Of a DNA stretch of 64,000 nt, positions 48,487 to 56,243 are shown one piece after another. The position numbers and the translations under genes were made by a program. The DNA comes from an uncultured Pelagibacteraceae bacterium. Lineage in GTDB: Bacteria; Pseudomonadota; Alphaproteobacteria; Pelagibacterales; Pelagibacteraceae. Location: contig CACDHV010000003.1 in assembly GCA_902552755.1 (NCBI GenBank), positions 921 to 64,920 on the forward strand. The letters run 5' to 3'. Every line of letters begins with the position of its first letter. The stretch's first letter is position 1. Under the pieces are notes generated by a model. It was given only the letters and a program-made list of their open reading frames with translations. It made no database searches and was not told the origin of the DNA.

Positions 48487-49519
48487 TATTTTAAGACCAC
48501 TAATTTTTAAATTTAGCCCTGAAGTAGCCCATTCTTTAGCAATAAAAGCACTAAAATTAAATAATATTCCTTACTCAAAACCCAAAGATAATCATATTTT
48601 AGAAACAACTTTTTGTGAAAAAAAATTATCTTCACCAATTGGTGTTGCTGCTGGGTTTGATAAAAATGCTGAAGTATATAATCCTCTGTTTAATCTTGGA
48701 TTTGGTTTTGTCGAAGTAGGGACAATTACTCCAAAACCCCAATTTGGTAACCCCAAACCAAGAGTTTTTAGACTTGAAGAAGATGAAGCTCTTATAAATA
48801 GATTAGGTTTTAATAATTCTGGTTCAGAACGAATTAGTCAGACAATAAAAGAAAATAATAAAAAGGGTTTTTTAGGAATAAATATTGGACCAAATAAAGA
48901 CTCCAAAGACAGAGTTGAGGATTATTTAATTTGTTTTCGTAAATTTTATAATTTAGCTGATTATATAACTATAAACATCTCCTCACCAAATACAGAAAAT
49001 TTAAGAGATTTTCATAACCAAGACGAATTAAATTCATTAATTGATAAGCTAAAAAATGAAAAAAAAGAATTGAACTCAAACATTCCTCTTGCAATCAAAG
49101 TCTCACCTGATCTTAATGATGATCAAATCAATGAAGTATCCAAGATTATTATGGATCAAGAAATAGGAATTATTATTGTTTCCAATACCACAGACAAGAA
49201 TAGAGAAAATTTAAAAAATATAAATAAATTAGAAAAGGGTGGACTGTCAGGTAAACCAATTGAAAAGATTTCAAACGAGGCAATTTCTAAATTTTATAAA
49301 ATACTAAAAGATAAAACAAAAATAATAGGAGTGGGTGGTGTTAGTAATGGACAGGATGCTTTTGAAAAAATCATTTCTGGCGCAACACTCGTTCAATTAT
49401 ATACTGGAATGGTTTACAGAGGTCCTCGTATAGCTTCAAAAATAAGTGCAGAATTAATTGATTTATTAAAAAATAAGGGATTTAAAAATGTTTCAGAGGC
49501 CATTGGAACTAAAAATTAA
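48479..49519 (+). CDS. pyrD: Quinone-dependent dihydroorotate dehydrogenase
   Basis: AAGFDKN, GNPKPRVFRL, NISSPNT, KVSPDL, GGLSG, VQLYT. Confidence 0.97.
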   Translation: MFNILRPLIFKFSPEVAHSLAIKALKLNNIPYSKPKDNHILETTFCEKKLSSPIGVAAGFDKNAEVYNPLFNLGFGFVEVGTITPKPQFGNPKPRVFRLEEDEALINRLGFNNSGSERISQTIKENNKKGFLGINIGPNKDSKDRVEDYLICFRKFYNLADYITINISSPNTENLRDFHNQDELNSLIDKLKNEKKELNSNIPLAIKVSPDLNDDQINEVSKIIMDQEIGIIIVSNTTDKNRENLKNINKLEKGGLSGKPIEKISNEAISKFYKILKDKTKIIGVGGVSNGQDAFEKIISGATLVQLYTGMVYRGPRIASKISAELIDLLKNKGFKNVSEAIGTKN

Positions 49520-49521
49520 TC

Positions 49522-49550
49522 TTGACGCGATAAGATTCAGATCTTATACA
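49522..49550 (+). promoter_or_regulatory. Putative sigma70 promoter of rpmB-yhhQ
   Basis: TTGACG-N17-TATACA, 12 nt before the ATG. Confidence 0.55.
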
Positions 49551-49562
49551 AGCTCATAATTT

Positions 49563-49844
49563 ATGTCTAAAAAATGTGAACTTACTGGAAAGATACCTCT
49601 CAAGGGTCATAACGTTAGTCATGCTAATAATAAGACTAAAAGAAGATTTCTGCCAAATCTAAAAAAAGTTAAGTTTAAAAGTGAACTACTTAAGAGAAGT
49701 TTAAGATTAACAGTCTCAAATGCTGGGGTTAGATCAGTTGATAAAAAAGGTAGTTTTGACCAATTTCTTATTTCAGCGAAGTCTAGAGATTTATCATTGA
49801 GGCTAAAAAAATTAAAAAAATCTTTAGTCAGTAAATCTGCATAA
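49563..49844 (+). CDS. rpmB: 50S ribosomal protein L28
   Basis: [10 protein letters not shown]...[19 protein letters not shown]. Confidence 0.98.
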   Translation: MSKKCELTGKIPLKGHNVSHANNKTKRRFLPNLKKVKFKSELLKRSLRLTVSNAGVRSVDKKGSFDQFLISAKSRDLSLRLKKLKKSLVSKSA

Positions 49845-50392
49845 TGAATAAAGTATTTTTAACACTCTCATTTTTAATGGGATTGGTTGTCTTAGCATCT
49901 AATTATTTAGTCCAATTTCCAATTCAATATTACGGTCTTCAAGAAATTCTTACATATGGAGCATTCAGTTATCCAGTAGCCTTTTTAATAACTGATTTGG
50001 CAAATAGATCTTTTGGCAAATTAGTTGCTAGAAAAATTGTATATATAGGATTTACAATAGGTATTTTATTTACATTAATTTTCTCGACAAATTTTGCAGA
50101 TTTAATCTCAGTAAGAATAGCAATTGGTTCAGGAACAGCATTTATTATTGCTCAACTACTGGATGTACAAATATTTGATCAATTAAGACAAAAAAAATGG
50201 TTTATTGCGCCACTTGCCTCTTCATTAATTGGTTCTACCGTTGATACATTTTTATTCTTTTCGATTTCATTTTATGGAACAGGAATACCTTGGGTGACAC
50301 TGTCTTTAGGAGATTTAGCAGTAAAGATTTTTGTAGCTTTAGTAATGTTGATACCTTTTAGATTATTATTAGGTACTTTAAAAGCTGCTTAA
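49844..50392 (+). CDS. yhhQ: VUT-family queuosine precursor transporter
   Basis: SNYLVQ, TYGAFSYP..FLITD, RIAIGS..AF...QLLD, VDT.LFF...FYG, D...K. Confidence 0.88.
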   Translation: MNKVFLTLSFLMGLVVLASNYLVQFPIQYYGLQEILTYGAFSYPVAFLITDLANRSFGKLVARKIVYIGFTIGILFTLIFSTNFADLISVRIAIGSGTAFIIAQLLDVQIFDQLRQKKWFIAPLASSLIGSTVDTFLFFSISFYGTGIPWVTLSLGDLAVKIFVALVMLIPFRLLLGTLKAA

Positions 50393-50393
50393 T

Positions 50394-51458
50394 TCAAATT
50401 TTTGGCTCTTGTTGCGTCATGCAATGAATAGCTCCAAAACCCCAAATTAAATCACTACAATCAATAGCAATAACTTCTCTATTTGTAAAAAATTTTCTAA
50501 AAATTTTTATAACTTTTTTGTCTTCTTTCACATTAAATACTGGAACCAAGACAATTTTATTACTTATGAAAAAATTTAAATAACTTGCTGGGACACGAGT
50601 TTTGTCTATGACAACTGGGCTTGGCATAGGAATCTTTATAATTGTAAATTTTTTCCCATTTTCGTCGTAACTTTTACTTAATATTTTTAAATTTTCTTTA
50701 AGAGCTTTATAATTTTTATCTGATCTATTATTTTCTACAGCTATCATAATCGTACTTTTTGAAACAAATCTTGCAATATCATCAATATGCCCGTGTGTGT
50801 CATCTCCAACAATTCCTCTATTAAGCCAAATAAAATTTTTTGCATTTAAATATTTTGAAAATAGATTTTCATAATCAATTTTTTTGAATCCTTTGTTTCT
50901 TTCTTGTTTTCTACTTAATAAGCACTCCTTTGTAAGCAAGATGGAGCCTGATCCATTGTTGTCAAATGCACCTCCTTCCATCACTACTCTTACAAATTTT
51001 TTTGAATTTACTTTTTTAGGCAGAATACTTTCAATATTTAAGTACCTACTAATATAATTATTGATTTTGTTATCATTTCCGAAATTTTTATATTTTGACC
51101 AGGCATTAAATTTAAAATCAAGCATGGTTTTTTTTCGATTTTTCTTGTTGACTAAAAATATTGGTCCAGAATCTCTTAGCCAAAGTCTGTCTGTCTTAAG
51201 TTTATGAAATTTAATTTTAGAAATATTACAACCTATTTTTTTTAAATATATTCTTGTGGTGTAAATGCTTTTGTTATTATTGACTAATAAATCTATTCTT
51301 TGATCTTTTGTTAAATATTTTATTATTTTTCCAACTACATTTGGAATTTTTTCAAATAATCCAGGCCAATCATTTTTATTATGTGGCCACGCAATCCAAA
51401 CTGATTTTTGAGGCTCCCATTCTGCTGGCATTCTAAATTCATCTATTTTTTTACTCAT
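50394..51458 (-). CDS. aguA: Agmatine deiminase family protein
   Basis: RMPAEWE, WLRDSGP, MEGG, DDTHGHIDD, ASYLNF, GAIHCMTQQ. Confidence 0.92.
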   Translation of the reverse strand: MSKKIDEFRMPAEWEPQKSVWIAWPHNKNDWPGLFEKIPNVVGKIIKYLTKDQRIDLLVNNNKSIYTTRIYLKKIGCNISKIKFHKLKTDRLWLRDSGPIFLVNKKNRKKTMLDFKFNAWSKYKNFGNDNKINNYISRYLNIESILPKKVNSKKFVRVVMEGGAFDNNGSGSILLTKECLLSRKQERNKGFKKIDYENLFSKYLNAKNFIWLNRGIVGDDTHGHIDDIARFVSKSTIMIAVENNRSDKNYKALKENLKILSKSYDENGKKFTIIKIPMPSPVVIDKTRVPASYLNFFISNKIVLVPVFNVKEDKKVIKIFRKFFTNREVIAIDCSDLIWGFGAIHCMTQQEPKI

Positions 51459-52332
51459 CTTCAGGATTTTTGAGAATATCTTTATAAAATTCAGTTCTTC
51501 TATCTCTTAAAAAAGGCCAGTGTTGTCTAGCAGTGTCTATTTTTTTATAATCAACTTCACAAACTAAAATATCTTCTTTCTTATTTCCTGCTTTTGCAAT
51601 TATTTTACCACTAGGGTCTATCACCATTGAATTACCCCAAAATTCAATTTTTTTTTTCCCTTTTTTTTCTACCCCAACTCTATTTATAGCAGCCACATAA
51701 GTTCCATTAGCAATAGCATGAGATTTTTGCATTGTAATCCAAGATTCTAATTGAGATTTTCCAAACTTTCTTTTTTCTTTTGGATGCCATCCAATAGCAG
51801 TAGGATAAAAAATTATTTGAGCTCCTTTTAAAGCTGTTAGTCTAGCGGCTTCGGGGAACCATTGATCCCAACATATAAGAGGACCTATCTTACCAAATTT
51901 TGTCTTAACAGTTTTAAATCCAAGGTCTCCAGGACTGAAATAAAATTTTTCATAATACCCTGGGTCATCAGGTATGTGCATCTTACGATATTTAGACAAA
52001 ATATTTCCATTTTCATTAATAATGATACTAGTGTTATGATAAAACCCAGATGTCTTTTTTTCAAACATCGTAATATTTAATACAACACCAAGCTCTTTTG
52101 CTAGATCGCAAAATATTCTAGAGGCTGTTCCTGGAATTTTTTCTGCTAATTTAAAGTTTGAATGGCTTTCTGTTTGGCAAAAATAATTAGTCAAAAACAG
52201 CTCAGGAAGACAAATTATCTTTGCTTTTTTTTTTGCAGCCTTTTTAATATTTTTTACAGCTAAATCAATATTAGATTGAATACTACCTAATGATTTACTT
52301 TGTATTAAACCAATTTTGATTTTTTTGATCAT
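51451..52332 (-). CDS. aguB: N-carbamoylputrescine amidohydrolase (nitrilase family)
   Basis: LPELF...YFC, YRKMHIPDDPGYYEKFYFSPGD, ICWDQWFPEAAR, YPTAIGW, WPFLRDRR. Confidence 0.9.
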   Translation of the reverse strand: MIKKIKIGLIQSKSLGSIQSNIDLAVKNIKKAAKKKAKIICLPELFLTNYFCQTESHSNFKLAEKIPGTASRIFCDLAKELGVVLNITMFEKKTSGFYHNTSIIINENGNILSKYRKMHIPDDPGYYEKFYFSPGDLGFKTVKTKFGKIGPLICWDQWFPEAARLTALKGAQIIFYPTAIGWHPKEKRKFGKSQLESWITMQKSHAIANGTYVAAINRVGVEKKGKKKIEFWGNSMVIDPSGKIIAKAGNKKEDILVCEVDYKKIDTARQHWPFLRDRRTEFYKDILKNPEDE

Positions 52333-52335
52333 CAA

Positions 52336-53376
52336 TCAAAATATCTTGGAAAAATTTTTTCTATCTCTATTTTTCCATTCACCTTTATGATAGGCGTCAC
52401 TTGCTATTAAGGGTAATACACTTGTTGCTTCTGCAAAAACCATTTGCTCTTTGGTAATATCTACTTTGCCCCATGAGCTTGCTTCTTTTAATGTTGAGCT
52501 ACTGCATGCTCCATCTCTAGAATCAGCAACAGTTATTTGAATAGCATATTTATGCATCTCTACATCTTTACCTAAAAGTTCAGCACATATGACAGTGTCT
52601 TGAATAAAATTTTTAGGTACTCCCCCTCCAATCATAAAAAGACCTGATCCTTTAGATTTAATTTTAATTTCAGTAAGTTCTCTAAACTCTCGTATTGAGT
52701 CGATTGTGATATGCTTTTTTGGATTTCTTTCTTGATGCATTACAAGCCCAAATCCTGCGCTTGAGTCGGTAAAAGCTGGACAGAAAATTGGAACATTGTT
52801 GTCATATGCAACCTCTATTAATGAATCTTTCTTCTTTGCGTTAGTTTTAAGATATTTGCCAATCTCTTTTATAAATTCTCTTGATGTATAACTTTTAGGC
52901 TCTAGTTGATCTGCAATTTCTCCAATAGTTTTATCACACATCTGAAGCTCTTCTTCATCAATATAAGTGTCATATATTCTATCAACGTAGTTATTTCTTA
53001 GCTCTGTATCATCTTGATATTGCGACCCTTGATAATGTTTAAAACCAAGTGCCTCAAAGAAATCCATATCAATAATTGAAGCTCCAGTTGCCACTATTGC
53101 ATCTACCATATTATACTTAACTAAATCTCTGTAAATATGCATACATCCTGCAGCAGACGTTGATCCTGCAAGTGTTAAAAAGATTGTACAATTTTTATCT
53201 TTTATCATTTCATTATAAATATTTGCTGCATTTGCAGTCTCTCTTGAAACGAAAGACATTTTTTCCATTGAAGAGACGATTTTTCTAGCATCAAAAGAAG
53301 TTATATCAATATGCTCTACTTCTTTACTAAGTAAATCACTTTTTCTATTACTTGATTGGTTTTTATTGACTGACAT
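52336..53376 (-). CDS. Deoxyhypusine synthase-like protein (bacterial polyamine-coupling type)
   Basis: RIYD, FCPAFTDSS, GGGVPKNF, DGACSSS, EASSWGK with the catalytic Lys. Confidence 0.92.
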   Translation of the reverse strand: MSVNKNQSSNRKSDLLSKEVEHIDITSFDARKIVSSMEKMSFVSRETANAANIYNEMIKDKNCTIFLTLAGSTSAAGCMHIYRDLVKYNMVDAIVATGASIIDMDFFEALGFKHYQGSQYQDDTELRNNYVDRIYDTYIDEEELQMCDKTIGEIADQLEPKSYTSREFIKEIGKYLKTNAKKKDSLIEVAYDNNVPIFCPAFTDSSAGFGLVMHQERNPKKHITIDSIREFRELTEIKIKSKGSGLFMIGGGVPKNFIQDTVICAELLGKDVEMHKYAIQITVADSRDGACSSSTLKEASSWGKVDITKEQMVFAEATSVLPLIASDAYHKGEWKNRDRKNFSKIF

Positions 53377-54554
53377 TAAGCAACAAGAAACTCTTTATTT
53401 GCTTCTTTGTCATACATCGTCATGATTGGACTATCTTCAACTTCATAAATTTCATCAGAGTAAAATCCATTAAAATTAGTTCTAAAAGTTAATCCATACG
53501 CTCCAAGCTGTCCTAACTCTATATAATCATTTTCTTTTATATTATTTGGTAAAATAAAAGGACCTTTCATATAATCCATGCTATCACAAGTTGGGCCATA
53601 GAAATCAAAAGATGTTAATTTCTTGGAAATTATTCTTCCATCGGTTATCATTTTTGATGGGTAAACTATGTTTGGAACACCTGCGTCAAACAAAGTTCCG
53701 TATGTTCCATCATTTATATAAAGTTTTTGTTTTTTTCTTAAATCAACTCTTACAATTGTTGAACCACTTTCTGCAACAATCGCTCTTCCAGGTTCACAAA
53801 TAATTTCTGGAAGCTTATCCAATTTTAAATTATTTAAACCTTTTTTAATTTCATTAAAGTAAGCATTTAAAGATTGAGGAATAAGATCAGGGTAAATGGT
53901 TGGAAAGCCACCTCCAACATTGATTACATCGGGAATAATTTTTGTTTTTTTAATTATATTACTGATTTCAAATATTCCTTTTGAATAAGATATAGGGTGC
54001 ATACATTGTGAACCAACATGAAAACTAAGTCCAATTTTTTTAGAATACTGTTTTGTTAATCTCAGTAGTCCAGCTGCTTCATTATTAATAGCTCCAAATT
54101 TTTTTGATAAATCAATCTCAGCATGTTCATTAGATACAGAAACTCTAACAAATAATTCTAAGTCTTTAGCGTAATTAGTACTTTCTAAAATTTTTATCAA
54201 TTCATCTTTAGTATCTAAAGAAAAGGCCTTAACATTATATTTAAAATATGCCTCCTTAATACTTTCTCTACTTTTAACTGTATGCATATAAGAACAGTTC
54301 GCATCTGGACTTATTTTTCTTATAGCCTCTATTTCTTTGATAGATGCTACGTCAAAACGATTAATACCACTTTCAACAATAGTTTTAAGAACTACTGGAT
54401 GAGGGTTAGTTTTTAACGCATAAAGTATTTTTCCTGGGAAATTTTTTTGAAAGTATTTAGAAGCCAATTTAATTGACTCTTTTCTAATACAATAAACAGG
54501 TCCTGTTGGTCTCAGTTGATTAACTAATTCCTCAACTGACTTAAATTTTTGCAT
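53376..54554 (-). CDS. Alanine-racemase-fold (group IV) PLP basic amino acid decarboxylase, ODC-like; substrate uncertain
   Basis: YALKTN PLP-Lys, FDVAS, KKFG, SFHVGSQ, NVGGGF, EPGR, GPTCDSMD, GAY. Confidence 0.9.
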   Translation of the reverse strand: MQKFKSVEELVNQLRPTGPVYCIRKESIKLASKYFQKNFPGKILYALKTNPHPVVLKTIVESGINRFDVASIKEIEAIRKISPDANCSYMHTVKSRESIKEAYFKYNVKAFSLDTKDELIKILESTNYAKDLELFVRVSVSNEHAEIDLSKKFGAINNEAAGLLRLTKQYSKKIGLSFHVGSQCMHPISYSKGIFEISNIIKKTKIIPDVINVGGGFPTIYPDLIPQSLNAYFNEIKKGLNNLKLDKLPEIICEPGRAIVAESGSTIVRVDLRKKQKLYINDGTYGTLFDAGVPNIVYPSKMITDGRIISKKLTSFDFYGPTCDSMDYMKGPFILPNNIKENDYIELGQLGAYGLTFRTNFNGFYSDEIYEVEDSPIMTMYDKEANKEFLVA

Positions 54555-54579
54555 ATCTGCACCTCTAAAAAAAATTTAC

Positions 54580-54611
54580 AAAAAAAACCTGCATATCTCT
54601 TATGCAAGTTT
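54580..54611 (-). terminator. Intrinsic-terminator-like hairpin inside the 5' leader of the polyamine operon
   Basis: AAACUUGCAUA-agaga-UAUGCAGGUUU forms an 11-bp stem (1 G-U) that runs into a U8 tract. Confidence 0.6.
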
Positions 54612-54630
54612 CATAAATGCAGCATTTATG
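54612..54630. promoter_or_regulatory. Perfect 19-bp palindrome (operator or leader hairpin)
   Basis: CATAAATGC-A-GCATTTATG between the divergent decarboxylase and regA genes. Confidence 0.5.
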
Positions 54631-54698
54631 GGAAATAATTAATAATGTAAAGTAAATAATGCTATTGAAATATTAAAATTTACATCCATATAAGGGCT

Positions 54699-55262
54699 AT
54701 GATTAACCAACCAACACTCCAAAAATTAAGTGATTTTGAGGATAAATCGCTTTTGATCGTAGACGATGACAATCCATTTAGACAAAGATTGGCTAGAGCT
54801 ATGGAAAAAAAAGGTTTTACAGTTACACAAGCTGAGAGTGTAAAGATTGGCATTGATACCGTAAAATCAAAAAGCCCTGCATTTGCTGTTGTTGATCTTA
54901 GATTGAATGATGGAAATGGACTAGAGGTAGTAAAAGAAATTCAAAAGGGAAACGATAAAAGTAGAATTATTATGTTAACGGGATATGGCAATATCCCAAC
55001 GGCAGTTGCTGCAATTAAAGAAGGAGCAATTGATTATATTGCGAAGCCTGCTGATGCAGATGATGTTGAAAAAGCACTTTTGGCTGATCCAAATCAAAAA
55101 CCAGCTCCACCTGAAAACCCAATGTCAGCGGATAGAGTAAAATGGGAGCACATACATAGAGTATTTGAGTTATGCAATAGAAATGTCTCTGAAACTGCGA
55201 GAAGACTAAAAATGCATAGAAGAACTCTTCAAAGAATACTGTCTAAAAGATCTCCGAGATAA
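54699..55262 (+). CDS. regA: ActR/PrrA/RegA-family redox response regulator
   Basis: VVDLRL.DGNG, LTGYGNIPTAV, WEHIHRV...C.RNVSETARRL.MHRRTLQRIL.KR.PR. Confidence 0.96.
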   Translation: MINQPTLQKLSDFEDKSLLIVDDDNPFRQRLARAMEKKGFTVTQAESVKIGIDTVKSKSPAFAVVDLRLNDGNGLEVVKEIQKGNDKSRIIMLTGYGNIPTAVAAIKEGAIDYIAKPADADDVEKALLADPNQKPAPPENPMSADRVKWEHIHRVFELCNRNVSETARRLKMHRRTLQRILSKRSPR

Positions 55263-55263
55263 T

Positions 55264-56193
55264 TTAATTTTTTGTAAGTCTTAAAAATACATCTTCAAGA
55301 TCTCCATCATCAGTTGAAATATCTTGTATTTTTATATCTTGTTTTTTTATTTCTGAAATTATTGAATCAATGCTGAGCTTACTCTTCTCATATGATAAAA
55401 CTAACTTATTTTCGACATTTGATATAACTTTTAATGACTCAAAAGTGTTGTCGTTAATATTAGTTTTCTTATTTGTGGTGACATACACAATTTTTGTTTG
55501 AATCCTTTCTAAGAGATTTTTAGTAGTATCTAAAGCAACTAATTTTCCTCCACTTAGGATTCCAATCCTATCGCACATTTTTTCTGCTTCCTCAAGATAA
55601 TGAGTTGTTAGTATTGTTGTTACCCCTTGTTTATTCAGAGATTTTACATTTTCCCACAATGTATTTCTTAGCTCCACATCAACTCCTGCGGTAGGCTCGT
55701 CTAAAATAATAATTGGAGGTTGATGCACCATCGCTTTTGCTACAAGCAATCTTCTCTTCATACCACCAGATAGTGCTCTAGCATAACTGTCAGCTTGTTC
55801 TTCTAATGATACCAACTTCAATATAGTATCTGTAATTCTATCTTTTTCTCTAATTCCGTATAGACCTGCTTGAAGCTCTAAAAGTTTTCTGGGACTAAAA
55901 AATGGATCAAAGTTTACTTCTTGTGGAACAATCCCAATAGAGGCTCTAACTTGTCTAGGGTTTTTATCTAAGTTAAAACCCCAAACATTTACTTCACCAC
56001 CAGTTTTTACAACTGATCCACCTAATATGTTTATAAATGTACTCTTTCCAGCCCCATTTGGTCCTAATAAACCAAAAATTTCACCTTCTTTCACCTCTAA
56101 GTTTAAATTATTAAGCGCATGCGTTTGTTTCGAACCATTTTTTGAATAAACTTTATTCAAGTTTTTAACAGTTAAGACGTTTTTTTTATTCAT
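55264..56193 (-). CDS. ABC-2 type transporter ATP-binding protein (YadG-like)
   Basis: GPNGAGKST, VPQE, LSGGMKRR, LDEPTAGVD, TTHYLEEA. Confidence 0.92.
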   Translation of the reverse strand: MNKKNVLTVKNLNKVYSKNGSKQTHALNNLNLEVKEGEIFGLLGPNGAGKSTFINILGGSVVKTGGEVNVWGFNLDKNPRQVRASIGIVPQEVNFDPFFSPRKLLELQAGLYGIREKDRITDTILKLVSLEEQADSYARALSGGMKRRLLVAKAMVHQPPIIILDEPTAGVDVELRNTLWENVKSLNKQGVTTILTTHYLEEAEKMCDRIGILSGGKLVALDTTKNLLERIQTKIVYVTTNKKTNINDNTFESLKVISNVENKLVLSYEKSKLSIDSIISEIKKQDIKIQDISTDDGDLEDVFLRLTKN

Positions 56194-56243
56194 ATGAGGG
56201 CATACATTTATTACATTTATAAAAATTAAGATATCATTACATT

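Noticed and set aside
52336-53376. DHS-like gene as evidence of eukaryote-type hypusination or recent horizontal transfer
   Set aside because: Its operon context is polyamine synthesis, bacterial DHS-like homologues are widespread, and its composition matches the host.
54590-54630. Polyamine leader as a SAM-II/SAM-V aptamer (GCAUUU...UUGCA resemblance)
   Set aside because: It lacks a proper P1 and the downstream GCUAAA/ACUAAA pseudoknot strand.
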